Positions 36,189 through 46,918 of a DNA stretch of 64,000 nt are shown here, in pieces. The notes beneath the pieces are model-generated. The model ran no database searches, was not told where the DNA came from, and worked only from the letters and a program-made list of their open reading frames with translations. The stretch's first letter is position 1, and the number at the start of each line of letters is the position of its first letter. The translations under genes and the position numbers were made by a program. Source of the DNA: Elusimicrobiota bacterium (lineage in GTDB: Bacteria > Elusimicrobiota > UBA8919); NCBI GenBank assembly GCA_028718185.1, contig JAQUMH010000004.1, positions 10,334 through 74,333 on the forward strand. The letters run 5' to 3'.

Positions 36189-39100
36189 TTATTTGATTAA
36201 TCCTATCTTCCCGCTTTTCTTGCTACCGGCAGCGTCTTCTATCTGGTATATGTATATTCCTCTGCCTACCTTGTCACCATCACTATCCTTGCCATCCCAT
36301 TCTATCCAACCCAAATTACCAAAATCTATTTCTTTAAGTTCCCGGACTAATTCACCTGTCACATTATACAATTTCATATTGCTGTTCATTGGTAAATTGA
36401 TTATCTTCAATTTGCCAAGGACCGCTGTCGCCGGATTATACGGGTTAGGGTAGATTTTCACGTTACTCATATCAGCAGATACATAACTACCCAATATACG
36501 GTATGTTGAGAAATGTTTGACTGTCGCTGTTATTGTATTATTTACTTTGTCTACTGTCTGGACTCCTGAAACCAAATCCCAGTCTGTCCCTGTCCAGTAA
36601 TAGATTCTAAGTCCATCCTCATTTAATGTTCCTATATCTGCTGCTGTATATGGTATTGTTATGTTTACTGCTCTTGTAAATACCTGATTTTGTAATACCG
36701 GCGCATTATTATTAAATGTTAACTCTCCAAAATCATAACATATCGGATTCACTGTGTTAACATATTTCATTGAGTTTTGGACTGCCGGAGCTGCACTTGT
36801 CTTTATTGATGCAAGATACTTGTTTGCAGACAGGACACCTGTGGGTATCAGTATCTTTAAACCGTTGGAGCCTCGTATTGACCCGCCCTGATAACCAACT
36901 AATTTAGCAATATACATATCATTGAAACTTATCACTACTGGTGCTGTTACATCACCGGTCAGTTCAATTGTATTTATATCACTACGGAATGGGATTGCGA
37001 CTTCCTTCTCTCCTGCATCTGCTGTAATTAGTGTCGAATCTGTTGTATCAAGGACACTACTTTTGCTGTTCTTGGTTGTAAGCGTTAATGTTCCTGTGTA
37101 ATCGGTCGCAATACTGTTCTCATCTACATTATATACCTGAACCTTGAACTTCAAACTCGCAGCTGCTGATGCACCTACCTTTGTTGTTGTTGTCCCGTCA
37201 TCGTAATAATAGGTATATATTCTGTGCTTTAAGTTATATGTCTTGAAACTGTATTGTGCTGATGTAGCAAGATTATTAGATGAGTCACGGCTGTAGACCT
37301 TATAATAGTAGGTTTTGCCTTTCTGTAACCCGCTAATGGGAACACTGTGTAGTCTTGTAGATGTCGGATCTAACGTGGTTATGGTGCCCATCGCCGTTGT
37401 AGTTCCGTACGCAACCTGTGAATCTGAATTTTCATCAGTTGTCCATTTTATTACTGCACTGTTTAGCGTTACACCGGCTACTACGTTGCTTATCACAGGT
37501 GGATTAGGATCATTAGATGTTGTTGTAAAACTATAATCTCCGGTTGTTGTTGGGTTACCATTCATATCTACGGACACCATCCGGTAATGATATAATGTGT
37601 TCTGAGTAAGCCCACTTAGTGTAACACTGTGTGAATATACTCCATCGGCATCTGTTACCGGAGTTGCACTGCCATAACCAGTAGTTAATCCATACTCTAC
37701 TTTACTGTTCGCAGGTTCATTTGTTGTCCATGTTATAACTACTCCACTGCCAGTTACATTCGTTGGTGTTACGACACTTACTGATGGCGGTGTTGTATCT
37801 GTAGTTAAACTTATTAACTTGATGTAGTCAAAATTACCTACATCTGTACTACCGGCGTCCATTACTAATTTCATTATCTGGTTACCCGCAGTAAGCGTTA
37901 TTGATTCTGCGACTGTTACATCTGTAAATGCCTGCCATTCAACAGTATTAGGTACACTTACTGATGGAGTTACAAGATTTGTTGCATTGTGCGGACCAAA
38001 TTCAATATGGAACGGGGTTGCACCTGAAATTCCACAACCGGCTCTTGCTATTACTTTGTAGTCACCACCTTGATTTACATTTATACTGTATTCTAACCAC
38101 TCGCCAGGTTGAACGTACCCGATATCGTAGCCACCGTTACCAATGATGACATTCTCTACATCTACACCTTCAGTTGTCCTGTATGCTCCACCCCTGTTTG
38201 TAGCATCCATATCATGATATGCTAAACCCTCACCACTACCACCAGTTGTTATCCAATCATAATTTTCTGCTTCTATCGTTGACGTTCCTGTTATTATAGC
38301 CCATGGATTTCCACTGTTTCCATATGACTGTTGAGTTGAAACACTTGTTACCGTGTAAGCTGCACTATTTATTGAACTGTCAGTCATTGCAGTTTTAAAC
38401 GCACGCGCTCTGACTGTTGCACTTGCAGTTAATGTAAACGGTGCTGAATATAATGTTGATGATGATGTCGGGTCTGTTCCGTTTGTTGTATATCTTATCT
38501 CTGCCCCGCTGGTTGCACAGCCCAATGTTACTGTAACATAGCTTGCATATGACCCTGTTCCAGGAGTAATTGTCGGTGTTTCTACTGTATTAGGTGTCTC
38601 AGCACTTACCCTTACTAACTTTATGTAATCAAAATTGCCTGTATCTGTACTACCGGCGTCCATTACTAATTTCATTATCTGATTACCTGAAGGAAGCGTT
38701 ACTGAGTCAGCGACTGTTACGTCTGTAAATGCCTGCCAATCAACAGTATTGGGTATACTTACTGACGGTGTTACAAGAGAACCAATTTCAATGTGGAACG
38801 GACTTGCGTTTGATACCCCACAACCTGCGCTTGCTATTATTTTATAGTTGCCGCCTTGATTCACATTTATACTGTATTCTAACCACTCGCCAGGTTGTAC
38901 CCACCCTACATCATAACCATTACTGGCGCTAGCGACTATCTCTACATCCACATTCTCGGTTGTCCTGTATGTGTTTGCGTGGTCTTGTTGACCGACTGTT
39001 GTATCGTGATATGCTTCGCCTTCACCTATACCGGTTGTTAACATATCATAATTTTCTGCCTCTATAGTTGTCGTTCCTGCTCCTATTGACCATGCAACTC

Positions 39101-42100
39101 CGCTTGGATATGCTTGCTGTGTTGAAACGCCTGTTATTGTATATGCCACGCTATTTACTGAACTATCTGTCATTGCTGCTTTGAATGCACGCGCTTTTAC
39201 TGTCGCACTAGCAGTTAATGCAAACGGTGCAGAATATAGTGTTGATGATGATGTTGGATCTGTTCCATTTGTCGTGTATCTTATTTCTGCCCCACTGGTT
39301 GCGCAGCCTAATGTTACTGTGACAGAACCTGTAAATGTTCCTGCTCCCGGGCTAATTGTAGGTGTCGCTACTATATTAGGATCTTCTGCACTTAACTTTA
39401 TTAATTTGATGCAATCAAAATTACCTACATCAGTAGTGCCGGAATCCAGGACTAACTTCATTATCTGGTTGCCTGCAGTAAGCGTCACCGATTCTGCAAC
39501 AGTTACTTCTGTATAAGTCACCCAATCACCGGTATTAGGTACACTTACTAATGGTGTTGCAGTACTTGTTGCTCCATGCGGACCGAATTCGATATGGAAA
39601 GTACTTGCATTTGTTATTCCACTACCCGCGACTGCTATTACCTTGTAGTTGCCACCCTGATTTACATTAATACTATATTCTAACCATTCACCAGGATGTG
39701 CCCAACCTACATCATAACCATTACTTGCACCAGGGATTGCTTCTATATCTACACCTTCTGTTGTTCTGTATGCATTACCCTTATTAGCAGTATCAATATC
39801 GTGGTATGTCTCACCCTCACCTACACCACTTGTTAACATATCGTAATTTTCTGCTTCTATAGTTGTCGTTCCTGCTCCTATTGTCCATGCTACGCCATTA
39901 GGATATGCCTGTTGCGTTGATGGAGGAACGCTACCTCCGGTTATTGTTACTATTTGAGATGCAGACATCGCTGTAGTATTACCGCTACTATTATCTGTTG
40001 CTTTCGCTGTTATACTGTAACTTCCTGCAGGAACATTATTCCATATGTACTCATATGGCGAACTACTATCTGTTCCAAGCCAGTTACCACCATTGTAAAA
40101 ATCTACTTGCTTTATGCCGTCGCTGCTGGATGCATTTACATCTATCGTTAAAGTAGCAGGTGCATTACTACCATTTATAACACCAATTGTGCTTATGCTT
40201 ACAACCGGCGGAACATGAACGGCTGTATCAAGTATCCTCAGTGCTATATCCCCACTATAACTTGGAGCATTCAGTGTCTTGTTACCTCCGGGGTGACTCG
40301 CAATTGTTTCTGTCTTAACTACTAACAATTGATTATCTGCTGTCATACTTTTTGTATCAATCCATTCTGCTTTATAATCGCCTGCCAGTAAATTAACCGT
40401 AACAGAAGTCGGACCTGTTAAATAAAAAGCATACTGTTTATTAGTGCTATCACCAACCAGTCCCCAAGCATTTATACCTCTTGAAACGTCACGAGTCATT
40501 TTTATAAAATTAACAGAATGAATAAAATCTCTCAAAATATGATAGCACTTACGTAATGCCGGATTCCCTGACCCGATGGATTGTGTCCCGCATGCAGTCG
40601 GAGGAATTAAATTCCACGAACCATCTGCTTTAGTTGTGGTAAATGATAAGTCAAGGTAGTTATATAACGCTCCGCCATAGATAATCCAGCGCCATCCTGT
40701 ACGGCGATACCAGGCATCATCTTGCTTGTGATATGTTATTTCATCATTTGCTATGGGTTTAGGATAACCGTTATATGCGCTAACACGAACATCACTAGGA
40801 TCTTCGCTATAGAAATCCCAGGAAAGAATATCCACATTCGCAAGCGGTGTATCACTGCCATTATTATCACCGACAGCGTTTTGAGAAATAAGATGCTTTT
40901 TAGGTGTGTCTGCCGCTACTATTTTAGAAATGATGTCATTATCAAATGTAACTGACATAACTTGATTGGTTTCAGTTCCATTATAGTTAGGCTCAATACT
41001 CGGCTGATAAATGACATTGTCATATGTATTCAATTCCTGAACTATCTTCGTTACCATTGCTTCCTGATATGGTCTCAAACCGTCATTACCGTTAATATCC
41101 CAAACACTATTTAAACCACTGGTAGTCCATGATGCTGTATTACCTACACCATTAATATTATTACTTGCTTTAAATGGAGAACGAATCCACATGACTTGAC
41201 CAGGATTGTCATTAGTATTCCAATAAGGAGTGAAAAATGTAACTTCTACTACTATACCTCTATCACCAGCCATCTTAACGAAACCCTTGAGGCGGGCGAA
41301 ATAGTTATCGTCCCACTTGGTCAGGTCAAACTTATTGCTTGGATGTTTGGGTGAAACTGCTGACGGAGTATCATCATAAAAACCGGGAGTTGTACTTCTT
41401 GCAAAAGGACAGCTAAGTTTGTCGCTTTTTGGACCAAGCGTATTTTCATCAATAATCCACCATGGTGGATTACACATTGTATATGACGGCTCTACATAGA
41501 CACCGGTAAATATACGGGTATAATTAAGCCCATTAGCCTGGAGTGTGTCTAAATATGTTGTAGTGTTAAAATCAAGATTCAGTACTGCACCATAATGTTC
41601 ATTAGAACCAATCAGGACTGTCGGCTGACCTTTATATAGAAAGTAACGCGGATTATCAGGATGAAGTTTTATCGGTACGGCTGATGATACGCTATCTTTT
41701 TTCTCTGCTGTCCGCTGTACCACACCCAAATCACGGTATGATGATTCTATCACTTTACTCATTACCGGGTATGTTTTATCGTTATAAAGTCCCATTGTGA
41801 AATGTGCCGGGACTGCACTCATATACTTAGTTACATTAACAGCGTCATTTCCTGCAATATAGTTTCTTCCAAACCCAAATACTGTTAAATCTGACTTAAC
41901 CACATCATGAAGAATAGGCCAGTAAGATTCCGGTTGAGAATCATCTTCACTATGTGCAAAGAAAATTGAACGGTTAAGCGAACCATCTTTAAAGTACGCC
42001 CACTCAGGAGTTATGTCGCCTGCCCATATACCTGTGGCTGAAAGCGGTGTTTCTACACCATTTGCTCCACCAGGACGGACACAGGCATCTGTACTCGGGT

Positions 42101-44537
42101 CTAATGTGCCGCCAGGTGTTCCTTCATATAAAAACCAATAGTTGTGACCGACAGATGTTAGTGTCATCTTTGCGTACTCAGGATATATTTCCCAATAACA
42201 TTCCCAACCACCGCCTACTACTGAATGAATTTTCGCTTTAATAGGACCTGAACTAACTAAATCAGTTGTACCGTTAGTTGCATTAGGATGAAAACCGGGT
42301 AGTGCATCACCGTGAATCATATTAGGTATCCCGCGATATATATCACCTTCATTGCCGGCTGTTGGCGCACTATGATAGTTTATCCAGTCGTTGCCGGCAC
42401 TATCTACAAGACTTGAAAATCCTGCGCCTGCTTTCTGGTAATAATATGTCCCCTGGTCTGTCACTATTTTATAACAGTCCTTGCCTTCATCCGTTGAGTT
42501 TGTTAGTGCTACATGTGCTGTTACTGAAGGAACTGTTAAATTTGTACCTGTGTTAAAATATATATGATAATATCTTGTAGCATTCGCTACTGTCGTATTG
42601 TCCATAATAAACACAAGTGTCCCAGCCGCATTTGTAGTTGCGTTATATGTGCTTGACTGGTCAAACTGGAACGGAACTGATGCATTGACTACCGTACCAT
42701 CTCCAAGAACTTCTACTACACGGATAGAACCTGGGTCGAATGCTCCACTTCCTCCCAATCCGGTTATTAATGTCGTGAAATTTATATCTTTTTCTACGGG
42801 TTTATTTTTCCTTTCATATGCGCCTGCCTGGATATCCAACCCTACGCGATAATTCCAGCTATCATTCCACCAATTACCTACGGTTGAACCTCCGGTTACG
42901 GTTATACTAACAAGATTGGATACTCCTATGTTCCCAAGATTATCAGTTGATTTTACTGAAATAACATAACTTCCTGCGGCAACATTTGACCATGTGTAGT
43001 TATATGGAGAACTAGTATCTTCTCCTAACTTAGTAGAACCATTATAAAATTCTACTTTACTTATTGTTCCATCACTGTCTGTTGCCGTTGCATTGATTGT
43101 TATATTCGCAGGTGAATCAAATGATGCATTATTACTTGGAGCTGTTATACTCGCGGTTGGTATTCCTTGAGTTGTATATTTAACTAATAGTACCGGTCCG
43201 GGCCAGTTTACTTCAAGTGCATGATGCTGTGTATTGCAACTCATATAAAAGTCATTTGTGCCGGTGTGTAATAAATTTGGATTAAAATCATATGTATTAA
43301 ATGCGGGGGCTACCACTGCGCCAATCGGTCCTGCTAATTGACCTCCGGCATCCACTATCCTCACGTTATTAATACCAAATTCACGGATACTGGCTGCAGC
43401 ACAAGGAACAAGGCTTTCCTGTCCTGCACCACACCAGGTTGCTATCATAAGTTTTGCACCTGTCGCATTGGTTAATTGTTCATTTATAGTATAAGAACAT
43501 GTCCTTGGATTAGATGTAAAACTAGCAGCACAAAAACCCGGTGGAACATTATTTGAAGCATATAGTTTTACAGAATAGCTGGTTCTGGAAAAGGTAAGAT
43601 TATCTACAGCATCTGTTATATAACACATACCATCATTACCTACTATACGAGCTACTACCTTCATTGGCTGATCCTGGTCAGGTATCCAGCGAGTATCCCA
43701 TGTTGCCGAATAGGGACTGGTAGTATCAGTGCCTATATGTTTATCAAGTACTCCGTCTTTATATGTATGATGCCAGTTTTGAAAACGGCCATCGCCTTCC
43801 CAGTTAAAGTCTTTATACCAGCCAATAAAATCTACTTGTCTTATTCCACCTGTATATGTAGGCACATTGGCTGTGAAAGTCTGACTATCTCCTAATGCAC
43901 TCCCTGAAGTCGGTGATGTGATGCTGCCTGTTGGATGAGTTTTGGAACTGCTATAATATACTCGAATTGTAACTGAATATACCCAGAAAAATGGCATACC
44001 GCCACCTTGTGAACCGGCAGTAAAAGAAATATTATTGTTACCTGCAATTAGCGAGCCTGCTCCACTTAACGGAACAACTGTTGGTACTGTATTATATAAT
44101 GTCCTGAAGTAATAACTCCCGCTTGTTGGTGTTGTAGGCAGCGGTAAAGGTTTCCAGTCGTTATCGCTTGTGCTATTTACACGGAACTTCTGGTCTTGTG
44201 TGCCATCATGACCACCCCAATATGATATATATACTTCTGCTTTTGTTGCTCCGGTAGTATCTACTGAATTCACTGTCGCAGTAACTGCCGAATTTCCCCC
44301 ACAACTTGTTAAAGTACAGCCTCCATATCCTGCGCATGGATCTGATGAAGTAGTGTCGTGAGCAGTGTACGGATTTCCACAAATAGCTGTACCGCCATAC
44401 CAACCTGTGGATACTCGCGTAAAATCTTTGTAAATATTGTCTGTTCCGGGATAAAAATCTGCCCAACTTTTAGTTACAATGCCACTCGCAAATATTAACG
44501 CCGCTAAAAACATACACCATCTAATAATCTTACCCAT
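36189..44537 (-). CDS. Giant surface protein B (about 2780 aa). It has a signal peptide, Ig-like domains, a putative GH5/GH140-like TIM-barrel region, (CBM6 plus CHB_HEX_C) x3 plus CBM6, FN3 x2, a beta-sandwich region and a T9SS type-A CTD. It is the intact paralog of gene A.
   Basis: Likely true start ATG at 44537 (MGKIIRWCMFLAALIFASGIVTKSWA), preceded by GGGAGGAAAAGGT. The ORF track start at 44591 reads the UTR in frame. The domain order is collinear with A. The C-terminus ends ...KIYPNPYNPATAVLGKLKIINLPMNSNMKLYNVTGELVRELKE...WDGKDSDGDKVGRGIYIYQIE...KIGLIK. Confidence 0.8.
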   Translation of the reverse strand: MGKIIRWCMFLAALIFASGIVTKSWADFYPGTDNIYKDFTRVSTGWYGGTAICGNPYTAHDTTSSDPCAGYGGCTLTSCGGNSAVTATVNSVDTTGATKAEVYISYWGGHDGTQDQKFRVNSTSDNDWKPLPLPTTPTSGSYYFRTLYNTVPTVVPLSGAGSLIAGNNNISFTAGSQGGGMPFFWVYSVTIRVYYSSSKTHPTGSITSPTSGSALGDSQTFTANVPTYTGGIRQVDFIGWYKDFNWEGDGRFQNWHHTYKDGVLDKHIGTDTTSPYSATWDTRWIPDQDQPMKVVARIVGNDGMCYITDAVDNLTFSRTSYSVKLYASNNVPPGFCAASFTSNPRTCSYTINEQLTNATGAKLMIATWCGAGQESLVPCAAASIREFGINNVRIVDAGGQLAGPIGAVVAPAFNTYDFNPNLLHTGTNDFYMSCNTQHHALEVNWPGPVLLVKYTTQGIPTASITAPSNNASFDSPANITINATATDSDGTISKVEFYNGSTKLGEDTSSPYNYTWSNVAAGSYVISVKSTDNLGNIGVSNLVSITVTGGSTVGNWWNDSWNYRVGLDIQAGAYERKNKPVEKDINFTTLITGLGGSGAFDPGSIRVVEVLGDGTVVNASVPFQFDQSSTYNATTNAAGTLVFIMDNTTVANATRYYHIYFNTGTNLTVPSVTAHVALTNSTDEGKDCYKIVTDQGTYYYQKAGAGFSSLVDSAGNDWINYHSAPTAGNEGDIYRGIPNMIHGDALPGFHPNATNGTTDLVSSGPIKAKIHSVVGGGWECYWEIYPEYAKMTLTSVGHNYWFLYEGTPGGTLDPSTDACVRPGGANGVETPLSATGIWAGDITPEWAYFKDGSLNRSIFFAHSEDDSQPESYWPILHDVVKSDLTVFGFGRNYIAGNDAVNVTKYMSAVPAHFTMGLYNDKTYPVMSKVIESSYRDLGVVQRTAEKKDSVSSAVPIKLHPDNPRYFLYKGQPTVLIGSNEHYGAVLNLDFNTTTYLDTLQANGLNYTRIFTGVYVEPSYTMCNPPWWIIDENTLGPKSDKLSCPFARSTTPGFYDDTPSAVSPKHPSNKFDLTKWDDNYFARLKGFVKMAGDRGIVVEVTFFTPYWNTNDNPGQVMWIRSPFKASNNINGVGNTASWTTSGLNSVWDINGNDGLRPYQEAMVTKIVQELNTYDNVIYQPSIEPNYNGTETNQVMSVTFDNDIISKIVAADTPKKHLISQNAVGDNNGSDTPLANVDILSWDFYSEDPSDVRVSAYNGYPKPIANDEITYHKQDDAWYRRTGWRWIIYGGALYNYLDLSFTTTKADGSWNLIPPTACGTQSIGSGNPALRKCYHILRDFIHSVNFIKMTRDVSRGINAWGLVGDSTNKQYAFYLTGPTSVTVNLLAGDYKAEWIDTKSMTADNQLLVVKTETIASHPGGNKTLNAPSYSGDIALRILDTAVHVPPVVSISTIGVINGSNAPATLTIDVNASSSDGIKQVDFYNGGNWLGTDSSSPYEYIWNNVPAGSYSITAKATDNSSGNTTAMSASQIVTITGGSVPPSTQQAYPNGVAWTIGAGTTTIEAENYDMLTSGVGEGETYHDIDTANKGNAYRTTEGVDIEAIPGASNGYDVGWAHPGEWLEYSINVNQGGNYKVIAVAGSGITNASTFHIEFGPHGATSTATPLVSVPNTGDWVTYTEVTVAESVTLTAGNQIMKLVLDSGTTDVGNFDCIKLIKLSAEDPNIVATPTISPGAGTFTGSVTVTLGCATSGAEIRYTTNGTDPTSSSTLYSAPFALTASATVKARAFKAAMTDSSVNSVAYTITGVSTQQAYPSGVAWSIGAGTTTIEAENYDMLTTGIGEGEAYHDTTVGQQDHANTYRTTENVDVEIVASASNGYDVGWVQPGEWLEYSINVNQGGNYKIIASAGCGVSNASPFHIEIGSLVTPSVSIPNTVDWQAFTDVTVADSVTLPSGNQIMKLVMDAGSTDTGNFDYIKLVRVSAETPNTVETPTITPGTGSYASYVTVTLGCATSGAEIRYTTNGTDPTSSSTLYSAPFTLTASATVRARAFKTAMTDSSINSAAYTVTSVSTQQSYGNSGNPWAIITGTSTIEAENYDWITTGGSGEGLAYHDMDATNRGGAYRTTEGVDVENVIIGNGGYDIGYVQPGEWLEYSINVNQGGDYKVIARAGCGISGATPFHIEFGPHNATNLVTPSVSVPNTVEWQAFTDVTVAESITLTAGNQIMKLVMDAGSTDVGNFDYIKLISLTTDTTPPSVSVVTPTNVTGSGVVITWTTNEPANSKVEYGLTTGYGSATPVTDADGVYSHSVTLSGLTQNTLYHYRMVSVDMNGNPTTTGDYSFTTTSNDPNPPVISNVVAGVTLNSAVIKWTTDENSDSQVAYGTTTAMGTITTLDPTSTRLHSVPISGLQKGKTYYYKVYSRDSSNNLATSAQYSFKTYNLKHRIYTYYYDDGTTTTKVGASAAASLKFKVQVYNVDENSIATDYTGTLTLTTKNSKSSVLDTTDSTLITADAGEKEVAIPFRSDINTIELTGDVTAPVVISFNDMYIAKLVGYQGGSIRGSNGLKILIPTGVLSANKYLASIKTSAAPAVQNSMKYVNTVNPICYDFGELTFNNNAPVLQNQVFTRAVNITIPYTAADIGTLNEDGLRIYYWTGTDWDLVSGVQTVDKVNNTITATVKHFSTYRILGSYVSADMSNVKIYPNPYNPATAVLGKLKIINLPMNSNMKLYNVTGELVRELKEIDFGNLGWIEWDGKDSDGDKVGRGIYIYQIEDAAGSKKSGKIGLIK

Positions 44538-44693
44538 ACCTTTTCCTCCCGTTTTGCCATATATTTTATTAAAATTTTGTTTTATTTTCATATTTTAATC
44601 TTTTTGACATCGGGCTATCTTTATTTACATCTTACCATTTATTCTTTAATTTTTCAATCTTTTTTGACCTCGGACATTGGACATCGGACTGCT

Positions 44694-45647
44694 TTATTCT
44701 TTTCCGCCCCCAAACCTTATACCTAGCGATACTCTGTGCGTGTCGCCTAAATCTTTTGTCGGAACAAACGCATAATCAAGATTAAATGTTGAACTCTCTC
44801 CACCCATCTTAAACCCGCCGCCTAATGTATAACTCTCCTCATGATAACCTATCTTGTAGCCTGCACGAATTGCTATCATCTCTGCTACTATTAACTCCAT
44901 TCCGATGTTCTCTTTTGTTATCGCACTGTCTAATCCATAATTAACGTCGGCAGCTATTGTTAAATTATTCTCACCTTCAAATGCTGATAGCTTCTTGCCT
45001 AACCCAGCTTTTATATTTCCGGGTAAACTATCACTTCCTACCTTACCACCTATGTTCTGAACTGCCAGTCCTAATTGTATTCCGCCTTTATTGGGAACAT
45101 ATTCTACACCTAAATCTAACCCAAATCCGGATGCAGTATCACTGTCTATCTTCTCACTTACCATCTTTAAACTGCCACCTACATTTATTGTTTCATCTAC
45201 CTGCTTGCCGTAACTTATCGCACCACCCATATCATTTGCACTATAACTGCCTACGCTGCCTACCGCATCATATGCGCCATTGGCATCTTCTAATGTCTTG
45301 TCCATACTGCCATAATTAAGGTACATTACCTGTAACCCTATTGTTGAACTTTCGTTTATTGGGTGTCCTATAGCCAGATATTCGTAATTTATTCCTTCAA
45401 AATATGATAAATGCATAAATGATAACTCGGTTGCGCTGACTGAACCTAATCCTGCCGGATTCCAATATACGCTATTGACATCTTCAGCTACTGCTACCTG
45501 TGCACCACCCATAGCTTCCTGTTTCGCACCTATGCCTACTTTCAAAAACTGCATAGCAGAACTACTAATGTTAGCTTCTAAATTGCCTGTACATATAGTA
45601 CCTACTACCATTACTGCAAATATCACAGTGCTAAGCACTTTGCGCAT
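44694..45647 (-). CDS. PorV/PorQ-family outer-membrane beta-barrel protein, paralog 2.
   Basis: About 80% identical to paralog 1 (MQFLKVGIGAKQEAMGGAQVAVAEDVNSVYWNPAGLG...). Likely start ATG at 45647 (MRKVLSTVIFAVMVVGTICTG) after AAGGGGGAAAAT. It is directly upstream of gene B. Confidence 0.55.
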   Translation of the reverse strand: MRKVLSTVIFAVMVVGTICTGNLEANISSSAMQFLKVGIGAKQEAMGGAQVAVAEDVNSVYWNPAGLGSVSATELSFMHLSYFEGINYEYLAIGHPINESSTIGLQVMYLNYGSMDKTLEDANGAYDAVGSVGSYSANDMGGAISYGKQVDETINVGGSLKMVSEKIDSDTASGFGLDLGVEYVPNKGGIQLGLAVQNIGGKVGSDSLPGNIKAGLGKKLSAFEGENNLTIAADVNYGLDSAITKENIGMELIVAEMIAIRAGYKIGYHEESYTLGGGFKMGGESSTFNLDYAFVPTKDLGDTHRVSLGIRFGGGKE

Positions 45648-45734
45648 ATTTTCCCCCTTATAGTTTTTAATTTCGCTTATTGTTATTTTCATAAAGCTCT
45701 CCAATTTAGTACTGTTCTTGTGTTCTCGGTTTAT

Positions 45735-45815
45735 TATCCCGATTTTTATTTATAACTTAATATGTAATCGGGATTGTTTTATTGGTCTCCGGTAGGGGAC
45801 TCAATAAAACAAAAA
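45735..45815. repeat. REP-like unit (AT-loop hairpin cccgat...atcggg) plus the perfect hairpin ttgttttattggtctcc-ggta-ggggactcaataaaacaa.
   Basis: It matches the units at 15902-16060 and 56640-56700. Confidence 0.5.
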
Positions 45816-45864
45816 AGAAGTATATTAGAAAACTAGTTAATAATTAGTTGATTAAGTTTTTAAC

Positions 45865-45896
45865 CTAATTCGCTAATTCACTAATTTACTAATCCA
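45865..45896. repeat. Tandem octamer array (ctaattcg ctaattca ctaattta ctaatcca).
   Basis: The same array occurs at 389-420 and 56751-56782, always abutting the 5' end (plus-strand sense) of the conserved leader element. Confidence 0.55.
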
Positions 45897-46080
45897 CTTC
45901 TTTTGTTTTCGGTAACCTTGTTAGCTTGATAGTTAGATCTTTGTAATTTCTACTTTATTTCTATTTATTACAAGATCTATTTTAATTATTTGTCGTTTAT
46001 CGGCAACCTGTTGGCTTTCACTATCTTAGCCCTTGGTTTTGCGAACTCATCCTGATTTCTCAGGAGTAGCCTTTTCGGAG
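45897..46080. repeat. Conserved intergenic structured element, copy 4 (core only).
   Basis: Core identical to the other copies. The hairpin variant cctga/tcagg is compensatory relative to cccga/tcggg. Confidence 0.6.
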
Positions 46081-46410
46081 TTTTACTTTATTTTATCTTT
46101 GCCTCCTTTCGATTATTTATCTTATTTACTATTTCTTAAGGTTTTTATTATTTAAATATTCTTTTTAATTTGTATCTTCTAATAGTAGTATAACGTATAG
46201 TTACAAAAATGTCAATATCCATAATTGCCGTTATCTTATCTATAATTGCTAAAGAACATTAATTAGCTATAATTACTTTTTACGTGTAAAACTAAATCTT
46301 ATTTAAAAACTCTCCGTTGGTTGATGCTCACATCTTGCTAACATATAATCACTTCTTGTGCTTCACTATATATATAACACACTATTGATTTTCTGTCAAG
46401 GTCTTTTTTT
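46081..46410 (-). promoter_or_regulatory. Conserved 330 nt regulatory block, copy 1. It holds a minus-strand sigma70-like promoter (TTGACA at 46216-46211, N17, TATACT at 46193-46188). Immediately upstream of its -35 lies a direct repeat ATAATTGC-N13-ATAATTGC (46222-46250, 21 bp periodicity) that looks like an AraC/XylS-type operator.
   Basis: About 85% identical to 56966-57297, including the promoter hexamers and the direct repeat. The transcript would run through leader-element copy 4 into the PorV-like/gene B operon. Confidence 0.45.
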
Positions 46411-46721
46411 TATGATAAATTGTCGCAATAAATATCATTATTTTTTTAATTATTTTTCATTTCTCGTCGGATTATCAAATGTGTTGTTATCGGCAATTGT
46501 TATATCTTTATCTATTATTGTTATATATTAATTTTAACAATATGCTATAAAAACTAAATAATGCTCGGTAATATAAACGGTGCCACTTTTTACTACTATA
46601 CTTTTATCTAATATTAGGGTTTCTAAAAAAACGATATTGCTTAAAAATTAAATATTATTTTAATGTATAGGAATTTCAATGTTTGTAGTTGCACGCCCTT
46701 GGCGTGCCTAACTTAAAACAA

Positions 46722-46748
46722 AAGGTGCTAAAATCAACTTAGCACCTT
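46722..46748 (-). terminator. Intrinsic terminator-like hairpin for the minus-strand gene 46919-50749 (stem aaggtgcta/tagcacctt, then TTTGTTTT on minus).
   Basis: Direct reading. It is preceded by a GC palindrome gcacgcccttggcgtgc (46691-46707) and the conserved atgtataggaatttcaatgtt block. Confidence 0.45.
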
Positions 46749-46918
46749 AAATATTTATTATTTATTCGAGTAACCTTTCAACCACATTAGACTTTGAACA
46801 TTGACATCAGACTTCGGACGCCTTTATTTTACTTCTCAAACTTAATATTAGTCTCAATCTTTTTTCAAATTAACTAAGTCTCTAATCAACTAATTAACTG
46901 GCACCATAAGATGGTGCG

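Noticed and set aside
44538-44591. An N-terminal extension of giant proteins A and B (MKI.Q...IY.KTGGKG) is conserved between paralogs and could be a real leader peptide.
   Set aside because: The extension contains the GGAGG Shine-Dalgarno for the downstream ATG (MGKIIRW...). The signal peptide starts at that ATG. Conservation reflects the conserved RBS region, not coding.
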